The translations under genes were made by a program, and so were the position numbers. DNA of 36,492 nucleotides. Origin: Macrostomum lignano. Its lineage: Eukaryota. The notes below the pieces were generated by a model. The model ran no database searches. It saw only the letters and a program-made list of their open reading frames with translations, and was not told the DNA's origin. The stretch lies in assembly GCA_002269645.1 (NCBI GenBank), contig NIVC01004739.1, forward strand, positions 1 to 36,492. Reading direction: 5' to 3'. Numbering within the stretch: position 1 is the first letter of the stretch; every line of letters starts with the position of its first letter. Below, piece by piece: positions 10,435 through 23,384 of this stretch.

Positions 10435-10745
10435 TGGGGTTGTAGCCTAGTGGTTAGAGCGTCCGACTCACGACTTGAAGGTCGGCGGTTCGATTCCCGA
10501 ATCCCACTGGAATAATTTGTGTCCTTGAGTAAGACACCTAACTCTGCATTTCTTCAGTTCACCCAGCTGTAAAATGGGTGCCAGCATTAGCTGGGGTAAT
10601 TGAGGCTGTGTGTGTGGCGACCCCCCAGTCCTTGGACTGAACAGCCGTACGCAGCCTTCAGATGCGCCGCGCAATAGCTGCGGCTGAGCTGTCGGTGTCA
10701 CATCTGGCACGATTGGGGCAGGTGAAATCAATTATCATTTTCATT
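10435..10745 (+). mobile_element. SINE family A, full-length tRNA-derived CORE-type SINE with TSD
   Basis: Box A tagcctagtgg and box B ggttcgattcc. The central gtgtccttgagtaagacacctaac...cagttcacccagctgtaaaatgggt resembles the MIR/CORE domain. ATC/ATT tail; 9-bp direct repeat ATTGGCATT at 10426-10434 and 10746-10754. Confidence 0.9.
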
Positions 10746-11646
10746 ATTGGCATTGAAAACTTGTGCGCATCCCAAATTTTCAAGATCGATTTTCAAAACA
10801 CACACGCTCGCCGACAATCTTTTAGAAGATATTCAGGTGGACGATTCTCCAGCTCTCAACTGTCCGTACTTTGTCTAATTAATTGGGCTAGCCGATTTCC
10901 TGTCAAAAATAGCAATAAAAATGATTACCTTAAAGCTGCTCTAGCTCTTTCCAGAAAGTAGAACAGTCAGAACAAAAATTAAAATAGACACTGAGAATCA
11001 GTTTAGTAGTCAAAATTCTAGGGCCTCCTGCTACTCAAGGCTTGCGACTGAAAGAGCCAGGGAAAGACATCAGAATGTGAAGAAAAGGTCCGATCCGCCG
11101 TTCATATTGTCCGGAAGCTGTTTCCCTTCGTCTCCAGGCTCCCTTAGTGCTTGAGCTATAATCTTGCTTGGCCCGCACAGGCTGCCCCAAGCAACCCCCC
11201 CGCTCCGCCGGAACCCGTGCTGGAGCAGTGCGAGGTACCGTGTGAGCAGATGAGCCTCATAGAAGCCATGGACCTCCGCGCATGCAGGTGCTGCAGTGTG
11301 CGATTCACAATGCCAGCTATATAGAAGGAGAAAGAATTGAAAGAGACCAAGGCATGTCAGATCAGAATCTCTGATGTCTGATGTCCGTTTGAGCCATGGC
11401 TTTTGCATTGCCAGATGGATAGCTTAGCGTGAGCAACTATAATGAGGCGTGCGTTCCAGTTTTAGTTTTTTTCTAAAGAAAACCCATCCGCTTGGACATG
11501 GTGCTTTTGGGCTTGGCTGTCATGGACTTCTAGACTGAGCAGCTGGATCGGAAACTTATCTCGATGAAGTTCCTATCTGTTTAAGTGTGAAAAATGGAGC
11601 AAGTATTCGGTTGTCTGAGGTCTATGGGCTAAATTCTCTGGAAAGG

Positions 11647-12430
11647 TCATAGCCAATCATAATTATCATAGCCAATCATAATTATCATAAGCCAATCATA
11701 ATTATCATAAGCCAATCATAATTATCATAAGCCAATCATAATTATCATAAGCCAATCATAATTATCATAAGCCAATCATAATTATCATAGCCAATCATAA
11801 TTATCATAAGCCAATCATAATTATCATAAGCCAATCATAATTATCATAGCCAATCATAATTATCATAGCCAATCATAATTATCATAGCCAATCATAATTA
11901 TCATAGCCAATCATAATTATCATAGCCAATCATAATCATCATAGCCAATCATAATTATCATAAGCCAATCATAATTATCATAGCCAATCATAATTATCAT
12001 AGCCAATCATAATTATCATAGCCAATCATAATTATCATAGCCAATCATAATTATCATAGCCAATCATAATTATCATAGCCAATCATAATTATCATAGCCA
12101 ATCATAATTATCATAGCCAATCATAATTATCATAGCCAATCATAATTATCATAGCCAATCATAATTATCATAAGCCAATCATAATCATCATAGCCAATCA
12201 TAATTATCATAGCCAATCATAATTATCATAGCCAATCATAATTATCATAAGCCAATCATAATTATCATAGCCAATCATAATTATCATAAGCCAATCATAA
12301 TTATCATAGCCAATCATAATTATCATAGCCAATCATAATTATCATAAGCCAATCATAATTATCATAAGCCAATCATAATTATCATAGCCAATCATAATTA
12401 TCATAAGCCAATCATAATTATCATAGCCAA
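11647..12430 (+). repeat. 19-20 bp minisatellite (TCATA[A]GCCAATCATAATTA), ~40 copies
   Basis: Near-perfect tandem repeats. Confidence 0.97.
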
Positions 12431-13275
12431 TGTAATATGTGAGAACTCCTTGCCTTCTGTACACGATGGAGTGATGTTCTACCATAGACAAAAGTCGCTG
12501 GAGACATGCGCATGCAGAAAGATAGGATTGATTGAAACTTCTTGGAAGAAAAATGGCTTCTTCAAGTTCTTTTCAATCTCAGGAATCTAAATCTAACTTC
12601 AAGAGAACGGTAGATGAAGGAGTAGGGGGGAGTATTTTTTCATAAATCAGCTTAGTTGTTCGCATGCGTCATGTTCTGACATCGGGAACTGACGTGAAGT
12701 ACCGCAGCGCTCTCTCAGCAAGTGTAAAAGTGTCCACAGTAAAAGACAGTTCTTCCCGGCTTTGGCGAGCTCACAAATTTTTTTTGTTAACGTCCCCTCG
12801 CGCGTCGCTATTTTAGATTTTTTTTCAGAAGTTCCTCTCTCCCTATATATTGAATTGTGCCTCTTTTACCTGACCCACCAACCCGCGGATTAACCTGGGA
12901 CACCAGGGTTTAAGTGAGTGGGCAAAGAATTAACCGTCTCCCCCATACCCCGAAGCATTGTTGCGGTCACTTCGGTCGCTGCGGCAATTCAGTTTTACTC
13001 AACTGTGAGCATATCTGCTCAGCTGTGCAACCTCGCCCTTAAAGCATTTATCGCATTCTGTCTAATTTTAACGCTAAAACAGGAAAGTGAAAAAGCAAAT
13101 TCCCTGTCAATTTGAAGAGCACTTGTGGGCGAGAAACTTGCGATTCGCAAAGAAAATATTGCCGCGCTAGAGGCAAAATATCAAATAAAGATATTCACAC
13201 ATTTATTGCACAGGAATTTTAGGTTCAAATAAAGGATTTCCTTTTCTATGCTTCTTGTCTGCACGTCTGGGTGTT

Positions 13276-14108
13276 GGGATTAGGGATCTGGGATTAGGAA
13301 TCTAAGTCTAGGGATCTGGGATTAGGGATCTGGGATTAGGAATCTAAGTCTAGGGATCTGGGATTAGGGATCTGGGATTAGGGATCTGGGATTAGGAATC
13401 TAAGTCTAGGGATCTGGGATTAGGGATCTGGGATTAGGAATCTAAGTCTAGGGATCTGGGATTAGGGATCTGGCTGTAAGGATCTGGTATTATGGATCTG
13501 GGATTAGAGATCTGGGATTAGGGATCTGGGTTTAGGAATCTGGGATTAAAAATCTGGGATAAGGGTCTGCGATTAGGGATCTGTGATTAGGGATATGGGA
13601 TTAGAGATCTGTGAATAGGGATCTGAGATTAAAAATCTGGGATTAGGGGTCTGGGATTAGAATCTGAGATTAGCGATCTGGGATTAGGGATCTGGGATTA
13701 GAGATCTTGGATTAGAATCTGAGATTAGGGATCTGGGATTAGAGATCTGGGATTAGCGATCTGGGATTAGAATCTGGGATTAGAATCTGGGATTAGAATC
13801 TGGGATTAGCGATCAGGGATTAGAATCTGGGATTAGAATCTGGGATTAGAATCTGGGATTAGCGATCAGGGATTAGAATCTGGGATTAGAATCTGGGATT
13901 AGAATCTGGGATTAGCGATCAGGGATTAGAATCTGGGATTAGCGATCAGGTATTAGAGATCTGGGATTAGCGATCAGGTATTAGAGATCTGGGATTAGGG
14001 ATCTGGGTTAGGGATCTGGGATTAGGATCTTGGATTTGTGATCAGGTACTAGAGATCTGGGATTTAGGGATCTGGGTTAGGGATCTGGGATTAGGGATCT
14101 AGGATTAT
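13276..14108 (+). repeat. 13-14 bp minisatellite (GGGATTAGGGATCT and variants)
   Basis: Tandem repeats with variant blocks (ggaatctaagtcta; gattagaatct; gattagcgatca). Confidence 0.95.
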
Positions 14109-14811
14109 TTGTCTGGATTAAGAGTAGAATCATAAATAAAAAATCATTTAACTAAGCAGGGAGTTCTAATCAAAATCTACTTGAAATTCTTCTCAAGCAG
14201 CACGCGGAGCAATAGAGCTGGAGAATCAAAGCTCGAATGAAAATTTAATTTAGGGTAGGAGAGGGAGAATTTTTTACGATTCTTAAATTTAAATGAGACA
14301 ATGCCCAGAAAGTTCTTTCGCAGGAAATTTTGCTGTTTAAAAATTCGCAATGTAAGTTTTGGGCACCCTTGTCGCCAATGCCTGTTTTTGCCCAATTCTG
14401 CCCATGATCCATTGACTCAGTGAGCACACACACAAGCGCACCAATGCTGTACGCAGAAAACAGAGAGAGGGACATAAAGAGGACAGATAGCTGGATAGGA
14501 AGATTCAGTCCGCACAGAAATTGAAATCGGATATCGCTGATGCATGCATTGAATTGCGGAATTTCGCTCTGCCCATTGTCAGTTTTGGCAATGCATAATT
14601 GTATCAATAGTAGTACTCGTCTGCGTGTAACCGATTCTAGATTGAGTAGAAATATAATGCTCAACATGAGCAATTGTACGTAGTTAGTCATTAATGAGTA
14701 TTTTTGTGTCTATTATTTAGCTTCTCACTGATATCTATAGTTGAGTACATACAAATTTACTAAATGATTTTGTGGCAATAGTTAAATTTTTTCGGACTTT
14801 AAATAAAAGCG

Positions 14812-15290
14812 ATGGATTCTAAAAATGTGACGAAATCTAAAAAAGCGATCAATTCCAGGAATGTGACGAATTCTAAGAAAGCAATCAATTCCAGGAATGT
14901 GACGAATTCTAAGAAAGCGACCATTTCCATGAATGTGACGAATTCTAAGAAAGCGATCATTTCCATGAATGTGACGAATTCTAAGAAAGCGATCAATTAC
15001 AGGAATGTGACGAATTCTAAAAAGCGATCATTTACAGGAATGTGACGAATTCTAAGAAAGCGATCAATTGCAGGAATGTGACGAATTCTAAGAAAGCGAT
15101 CAATTGCAGGAATGTGACGAATTCTAAGAAAGCGATCAATTGCAGGAATGTGACGAATTCTAAGAAAGCGATCAATTGCAGCTAGAAAGGTGACGAATTC
15201 TGAGATAATGATCAAGTTGATGTAGTTAACGAATTTCTTAGCAATTGATCAATTCCAAGAAGATAACGAATTCTAAGAAAGCGGAAGCGA
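14812..15290 (+). repeat. 36-bp minisatellite (AGGAATGTGACGAATTCTAAGAAAGCGATCAATTGC), ~11 copies plus degenerate ends
   Basis: Direct tandem repeats, each with an EcoRI site. Confidence 0.95.
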
Positions 15291-16080
15291 TGTTTGTATA
15301 TTCAAGGGTTCATCTACGGTTCCAAGAACTCGAAAATTTTAATACATAATAACCGAACCGATGTACTTTAAGAATTGCGACTAGGCCACTCTAAATCTCT
15401 GGGACTTCTTGATTCTCAAACTTCTTAAAAATATTAATAGTAAGAACAGTTGACCCAGTAATGCCCTGGGGACAGACGGCTGCAGTTGGTGCAAGGGTTT
15501 CACAAGGTCGGAAGTTCACAGCGCCGAAAACTACTGCATGTTTTTTGTCATATCAAGTTTTCGAATAGGTTTCTTTTAGATCTGGACAAGGAGCACTAGA
15601 ACTAGATTTCCGGAGTGGATCATCGACCCTACGTTTCGAAAAATCTTCTTTAAACTTTTACAGTTCCTTGGGTGAAATCCATTACTCGTCTTTCCTTTCT
15701 ACCTTTGGAAAATTTTTGGAACTGAAAGGATTAAGCGAAGACGGCGAGGCAAGGGAATGACGAGCGGATTAGAATGATGAGAATTTCTAGATGAGGTCAG
15801 ATTTTCAAAGAATTTCTTTGCGCAATGTCTATTTTACCGTTTGTCGGAGGGATGTCGTCATCGGTGAGATTAAGTCGTAAATGATAAAAAACACAACTCC
15901 GTCTTAGCCTATATCTTGTCTAGCTAAATAAAGCAAAAAAGTTTTAGTTGAAATGAGCTGCAGTTTATGTGACTGCCGTGGCCAGATATTTTCCACAGTA
16001 TAGCTCTAATTAAGCTCCACAGTTGGTTTTAAGCTCAATTTCTCTCTCAGGGGTTCCGTCTTTTTGCCAGGTATTCTGTC

Positions 16081-16130
16081 TGTCAGTCACAGTCAAGTCA
16101 GCGAAGCTGTCAGTCAGTCAGTCAGTCAGG
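16081..16130 (+). promoter_or_regulatory. (TCAG)n tract with Inr-like TCAGTC motifs, possible TSS region of the protocadherin
   Basis: Repeated tcagtc about 620 nt upstream of the ATG. A similar tract precedes the 4989 ORF (4861-4897). Inference only. Confidence 0.3.
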
Positions 16131-16747
16131 CCTGTGACTTCCTAGCGTGCGTGCGAGAAAAAACTGTAGATTCATCTCCGCCCCCTCCCTCTCTCTCCAG
16201 CTCTCAAGCTACTCCAAGGCTCATTAGAACGCCGAGGCCTGGCAAATTTTTACCAATCGCTCAGTGAATTATGCAAACGACGCAGAACAGGGGCAATGGA
16301 ACGCGCAGGGCTGTGTACTCAAAATAATCCAGTGCAGCTCACGGAACCTTCGGGTTTCTCTACCGCTCTCAGATAAACAATTATCCTTACCGCTCCGATA
16401 ATAGAGAATGTTTTTACATCGCTTTTCCTCACTGATCCACCCTCTGCTAAACATCCGCAAACTATATGCAGCCCATTTCCGTGTTTCATCGCAGGAGACT
16501 TGTGTGCAGCGATACTGGGAAGTGAGGGGATCGGCAGTGAGGCCCGGTCCAGAGCCAACCGCTGCCTTCGCAACGAATCGGCAAGCTGAGGCATCCAATC
16601 GGCGGGCGTGCAAGCCAATTGGTCCGGCCATCTGAAGCTCTCCTGAAGCCGTCAATCGAACTGGCTGTCTCAGCTTTAAAGCTTCTGAATAAACTCAACG
16701 CTCTCTGTTACCATATGCGACGCCAAACTGTTTTCCCGAGACCGAGG

Positions 16748-19309
16748 ATGACATTGTTCAATCTAGCTGGACTACTGTTGACGGCTCTGCTCGCTTCTGT
16801 CAGGGCGGGCTCGGGCAAGTATAACATCAGCTACTCTGTGCTGGAGGAGACCGACGGTCCAGCGCTGATTGGAGACCTCGCTGGCGATCTCAACCTGCTC
16901 CGTTTCTACAGTTCGGACAATTTAGCCAAGAAACGTGTCGAATTTTTGCGCACTAGTCCGGATTATAACTCGCACTTTCGGGTGAGAATTGTGCCTGGCA
17001 AAGCTGGCGGTACGGTTAGGCACGAGCTGATGCTGGTGAAACGTCTGGACAGAGAACTGGTGTGCAAGGACTCCGCTCTGGCCTCTGAATGCTATCTGGC
17101 GCTCAGCTGCTCAGTGAAGCCGTACGACGATCCAATTCTTCTATTCACCGTTCGCATCTTCGTGCTAGACGTGAACGACAATGCCCCAGTTTTCGACCCG
17201 GCTCAGAACACGGTGCAATTCAGCGAGGCGGATCTGGTCGGCTCGAGGAAGCCGATTCCTCACGCTGCTGATGCGGATAGCGGACCGAACGCTCGAGTTG
17301 CTTACGCGTTGGCAACGCCGTCAAATCATTTCCGCGTCGACAGCGACTCACAGACGCAGGTATACCTGACTCTGGCCTCACCGCTCGACCGAGAAACAGT
17401 CGCTTCCTACAGTCTAAACGTGTCGGCCACTGACTTTGGTGACGTCCCACTGACCGGCTACCTGCAGCTCAGCGTAGTCGTCACTGACACAAACGACTGC
17501 TTCCCAGTGTTCGATCGCGAATCCTATCACGCAAAAGTTGTAGAGAACTCCATGCCGAAGCCGGTCCTGACGGTGCACGCTACTGACGGCGACATTGGCG
17601 AGAACGGCCGAGTGAAGTACCAGCTGGCATCGGACACGCTGTCTAGGGTTCATCGATTCGTTGAAGTTGGTCTAGAGGACGGCGCTGTCTCGCTCAGACG
17701 ACCGATCGATCGCGAGGAGCTCGCCGTGCTGGAGTTTCAGGTGCGCGCCGTTGATGGCGGATCGCCGGCCAAGACCAGCGTAGCGACAGTGCAGCTGACA
17801 GTGCTCGACTTGAACGACTGCCCGCCGCGAATTGAACTGCCGGCTAGGCGGACGGGCGTCTTTGAGAACCGTCAGCCAGGGACGGTGGTGTTGTCTTTCA
17901 CCGTCAAGGACGATGATTTGGGCATCAACGGCAGTGTGCAGTGCAAACTTGATCAAGGGGCTCGGTCCGAGTTCGAAGTGAAAGAGTACGATAGGAAGCT
18001 GAGACTGTTTCAAATTCTCACGAGGGACGAGCTGGACAGGGAGGCGAAAGACACCTATTCAGTGGTGATTCGCTGCACTGACGGCGGCGGAATGGAGTCG
18101 CGAGAAGGCCTCACCATATTTGTCGAAGACGAAAATGACCATCAGCCGAGATTTGTACAGACCACGCTTTTTCGTTCGGTGCCTGAGAATTGCGCCCTGG
18201 GTCACGTGATTGCTAACCTGTCAGCCACAGACGGTGACATTAACGAGAACGGCCTGATCAGCTACTATATTCAACGAGATCCAGCTGTACCGGAGACTAA
18301 CAGCTTCGATGTCACCCGCCACGGCGGCACCGTCACTGTATCCAAGCGCCTCGACCGGGAGGCGCGATCGAGCCTGACTCTGTTTGTCGAAGCCGGGACA
18401 ACGGCAAGATCTATCAGTTCTCGGCAACTGCAACTCTCTACATTGAAATCAAGGATGTCAACGATGTTGCGCCGATTCTGCCGCCGTCGGTCGATTTCTC
18501 CGTGGAGGAGAACGGACCGCCGGGGATCAAGCTGGGCCCGGTGCGAGCCACCGATCCTGACACGGACGATGGTGGTAGAATCGCGTTCTACGGCGGCGAC
18601 AAAGACTCCTTCGCCGTCACAGAGGACGGCTACTTAGTTGCTAAGCAAAGTTTCGATCGCGAAACCAAAGCATCTTACGTTGTCCAGGTGTTTGCGAGGG
18701 ACTTTGGCAAGCCCAGTCTGACCTCATCAACTTTGGCCACGGTGAAGATTATGGACCGCAACGACTGCCAGCCGCAGTTTATTTTCCCCTACAGCAGCGA
18801 CAACTTCTCGGTGTCTGTGCATGAACAGCCCGGCTACCTGATTCTCAAAGCCGTCGCCAAGGACGCCGATGAAGCGGGAGACAACAGCCGGATTCGCTAC
18901 CGGCTTGAGCAGAAATCCGGCCTGTTTTCTGTGTCCGAGGACACCGGCAAGCTTCAGGTTAATGCGCCAATGCGACTGTCCGATCTAGGCAGTCATCGCC
19001 TGATTATCCACGCAGCCGACTGCGGCGTGCCCCGGCTGGAGACGTCGGTGTCAATTTACATCACCCTGCAGGATACGCCGGCATTGGAACAGCGCAGTAG
19101 TTCCATAGGCAACGGAGACGGCGGCGGTTCGGGAAGTTTCGGCACAGCGGCGGTAGCAGTGCTGGTGACCCTGACCGTGCTGCTTCTGGTGCTCATCGTC
19201 TGTGTACTGCTGTTCGTGCTGCAGCGACGGCGGGCTCTCCTAGCCGCTGCGTCCGGCGGCCAGAACTCGTTGGGCTGTGTTGGAGAGTACAAATTCCTGC
19301 AACGACGAG
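16748..19309 (+). CDS. Protocadherin (7 EC repeats, delta1-like architecture), first coding exon: signal peptide, EC1-7, TM; 1-nt frameshift at ~18395
   Basis: Signal peptide MTLFNLAGLLLTALLASVRA and seven cadherin repeats with DRE and DxND motifs; EC1 has the protocadherin Cys pair and EC7 lacks DRE. TM AVAVLVTLTVLLLVLIVCVLLFVL is followed by QRRR. Phase-1 donor G|GTAAGT at 19309/19310. The two ORFs join as FVEA[R]DNGK by adding one base. Confidence 0.92.
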
Positions 19310-21334
19310 GTAAGTAAATCCTTGAAACGGTGTTTGAGCCTTAAACAAGCAAATAAAAGTTGCAAACAAATTAAATGTAAACCATGGGCTGTGGTGAATC
19401 GCTAATTTGTGGTGTATCTCACGTACGTGATTGTATACATTCACTGGGGTGCCAATAGCCCCCTGCTATCGAACTTCACTATGTTGGTAACTCAGCCCAC
19501 TCGAACATTTTAGTATAGTGGACTAGCAACCTGCGCCCCTCCGTAGGGGAGGCAACAATGAAAGGAATAAACATTTTAAAATAAATGGCATATACGTATG
19601 TTTGCAGAAAAAAAATCACGCCATCTGGCCTAAGATATGAGCCTTGGCTCAATGCGTCTGAGCAACCCCTCCCTATGAGCCTTGACATCTCAGCAATTCC
19701 CCAATTCATCTTTTATGGTCTGATAGGGCGATTCTTTGACAGTACGGCAAATTCGATTTCAACGTTTATGCTCAATGAAAGTTCATCTGCAAAACGCTAT
19801 CTAGTTTGACTGGTTGAAATGGCAACTTAGAAAATTGCATGGAGTTACCAGAGTAACAGTTGGCAGCTTCTCCGCCTTAGGTGTTTAGATGGCTTCAGTG
19901 CAGTGTCACTCAGTTAGCCACTGTTCTTTGATCAGCATATTAAAATGAATCCCCTTGCTTATCTGTCTTCTAACGTGGAAACTTCCCCTTCAATCTGCAT
20001 CTATCTATCGGACGGCTTGACTTGAAGGATGCATGCTCTGAGCAATAATAAAATGCTAATTAACAACCTCGGGGCTTCTCAAACTGCTTGCTTGGGCTGC
20101 GGATTCTGGCAAGCATGACCAGCTGCATTCTAGATCCGCCAGACCAAGCAAAACATGTGCGTTTGTGTGTTACACTCCAATGCTTCTACTCCAGCTTGCA
20201 CTGGGCCAACTATACTTGTGATGCATTCATTATTCAACTAAGTTGAAGTTAATCTCATTTTCTAACGACTGTTGGGGGGGATAAATTTTATGCTTTATTT
20301 AAATAAGCTGAAATTCTTGTTCATTAATTGTTAATTTTAAACTAGCAACAAGAACTAGAACGCCAGATCGTGTACGGTACTAGGCCATAAGTGAGTGTAT
20401 TATAAAATCTTTTAATAGTCAATATTTACTTGTTTGACTTGCGTTTATACTATACCAATTTCGTACTGTCACTCAATCTGCTATCCCTCTGATCTGTCCT
20501 TTTATCCACTCAGACTATCGTTAGCTAGCTTTCTACTCTGTGTCATCAGACTCTTGACAGTTACAAAACCCTTTTTGATCGTGTCTTCAGGAATTCTCTA
20601 GCTACTGCATCACAAACAGGCCCGGCCCACTCAGTCACTTGTTCATCTGTTTGCACCAGCTACCACGAAAAGGCTCACCGGACCAAACTATCAAGCTGAA
20701 TCTGCCTGTGCATTGACTGGTGTGCCTATCCCCAGATGCATCTTTGATAGAAAAGGTCTATAAGCCAATCTCTCGGACATACAACACAGTCCCCAATTAG
20801 AAAGGGTGCTTGCGAAGTGCTTTAGCTATCCCCAGGTGTGTGGAGCAGGACTGCCTCTTCATAATAACGACTGGACAGTTTCCGTTAGAATAACCCTCAT
20901 CCAGGAACCTCAACAATGAGTTTGGCTCTGGGGCCTCCCTAACCTGCACTCGCGCCTCATCTAGGCCATTATATTTTTCTGCGGCTGCTGGACACTCAGC
21001 GTCTCCCCTGCAGACACTCCACACCTTTCCCGCTCGGAGAGCAGATGGACACGCAAGCTCTGCTCAAAATGGCAAACTATATGGGAGGGGGCGCCGTGAG
21101 TTGACTTGGGTATTTTTCCTCTCTGCTGCTTAGTCAAAAATAAATTTTGTGACTTATATTTATGCTGGGGCGATTCGTAAAGCAAATATAGAATACCACC
21201 GCATTTAAGTTTATAGAATGATGGACAGCTTTCGTAGTACCTTGCATGTACAAGCTAGTTTTGGATTTCATGTGCGAACGTATTTGAGTTGATTGCTTCC
21301 GGGGTGAGCCTAAAGCATAGGGAATCAGTAAAAA

Positions 21335-21676
<342 letters not shown>

Positions 21677-22029
21677 ACGCACCGAAAGAAGCAGACGAAG
21701 CGCAACTGTCTGAAAACTTCAAAATTGTTACAATCGTCAGAATAATTGAGGAACAGAGAATTTCCCTTACATCGTCGCTGCAAAGTTACCCCCCCCACTC
21801 GCCCCTCGCAAAAAAAGGACAGCGCACAGACGTGACTGACCACTGGAACGCCTGGGATCAAGCAAAACCGGTGTGGCCGCTCAGGGCTGCTCCATCAGAT
21901 GATGACAGTTTTGGTAGATTGTCAGCATGGGGGAGCGGCACGCTGCGCTTCATTGCTTCACCTTACCAACGGAAGCAGATGTTTCAACACCCCCTATATA
22001 GTAGAGGGCACACTGCACTGTGTTTCTGA
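21677..22029 (+). CDS. Candidate protocadherin cytoplasmic exon
   Basis: Open frame [16 protein letters not shown]...[12 protein letters not shown], phase-1 compatible after acag|. The acceptor lacks a pyrimidine tract because it follows the GACA array. Confidence 0.3.
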
Positions 22030-22611
22030 TGGAGCGGAACTGGCAACCTATTGTAGTTCAGCTGTAAAACTACTAGCTGAGGAAAACGCAGTGAAATACA
22101 ACAGAATGCGACAGAAGCCTGCGGAGTCGCGGGTCTGAGGTTGGCTGTGGGTCTGAAGGCAAATAATTCGAACACACTGAAGCTATAGTTGCTTTTGCCA
22201 ACTGTTTAGCTAGCGGGAACTGCCCGCATTCTCTCTCTGACGTCTGTCTCTCCCCTCTTGCCCTCCGTCTTTTAGAAAACATTTTCCTTTGGGATGGAGG
22301 CATTGATTTACGTTTACTGTGGCCGCGGGTTCCCTCTGGCCTGTAGCTCAGCTGTTTTATTACTCGGGGTGCATTGAAAACAAGCATATTTTTTCACCGA
22401 CCGTTTGTTGGTGCAGTGCCCTGTCCATTCCAACACAGTAGATTTCTTACAGCTGATTAACAGCAACTTTTTTTTGGGTTTAAGGTACGAACAGAAATCT
22501 GATTTACCTTGTCAGGCTGTCTTCGCTTTTTGGGAGTTTTTTTACTTCAAGATTAATTTGTATAAGGCACAGATACGTTTTTGATGGATTAGGATGCACT
22601 GAAGAGATAGA

Positions 22612-23072
22612 TAGTGTCCTATAGTGTCCTGTTCTAGTGTTCGTAGTGTCCTAGTGTCCTGTCCTAATGTTCATGTTCAGTGTTCTAGTGTTCCAGTGTC
22701 CTAATGTCCAATGTTCTAATTTTCTAAGTGCCCTGTCCTATTGTCCTAATGTCCTAAAGTTCCTAGTGTCCTGATGTTATAGTGTCCTAATGTCCCAATA
22801 TTCTGATGTTCTAATGTTCTAATGTCATAATGTCCTAAAGTCCTAGTGTCTTAGTTTCCTAATGTCCTAATGCTCTAGTGTCCTAACGTTCTAGTGTCCC
22901 AGTGTCCTAATATTCCTAGTGTCCTTATGTTCTAGTGTCCTAGTTTCGTAGTGTCCTAGTGTCTTAATGTCCCAATGTCCTAATGTCCTAATGTTTCTAG
23001 TGCCTAGTGTCCTAATGTCCTAATTTCCTAATGTTTCTAGTGTCCTAGTGTCCTAGTGTCCTAATGTCCTAG
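22612..23072 (+). repeat. Degenerate 8-bp minisatellite (TAGTGTCC / TAATGTCC)
   Basis: Tandem gtgtccta/atgtccta units. Confidence 0.9.
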
Positions 23073-23384
23073 GACATTCAAAGTTAAAAGCCTACAGAAC
23101 AAAGACAGATTAGGCCATAGACAACACGAAAATATCTGACTGAGACAACCAAACCTGGAATTCGACATTCCAGGTTTGGCAAGTGTAATGACAAGTGTAA
23201 CCTCAACAACAGCTTCTGTTGCTATTCTAAGCTCTGCTGCTGCAGACCGCGTACAGTGGCTTGATTGAAGTATACTGGCTCTCTGTCGGGCATGTAGCCA
23301 TAAAATGGGTAGATGTAAAATTTTATATTACTGATCTATGCAACTGGGTGTGGCTTTGAGAAATATGAACTAGAACTCGTGTTT

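Noticed and set aside
10436-10506. Possible tRNA-Val(CAC) gene
   Set aside because: Poor anticodon-stem pairing and no Pol III terminator; it continues into a SINE body present in four copies.
11180-11325. GC-rich frame PEPVLEQCEVPCEQMSLIEAMDLRACRCC
   Set aside because: Could be an isolated exon, but there is no recognisable domain or linked exons.
13276-14108. Interstitial telomere
   Set aside because: TTAGGG appears only embedded in 13-14 bp units, never as tandem hexamers.
6385-15290. CRISPR-like regular repeats (including the 36-bp array)
   Set aside because: Units are directly tandem with no unique spacers, the context is eukaryotic, and there are no cas genes.
16619-16747. Upstream N-terminal extension of the cadherin ORF
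   Set aside because: The ORF-track start is not a clear ATG, and the signal peptide begins at Met 16748.
20591-21135. Exon-like open frames at 20591 and ~20906 in the protocadherin intron
   Set aside because: They need a phase-2 junction; in phase 1 the 20591 acceptor gives an immediate stop (GIL*), and no convincing bridging exon was found.
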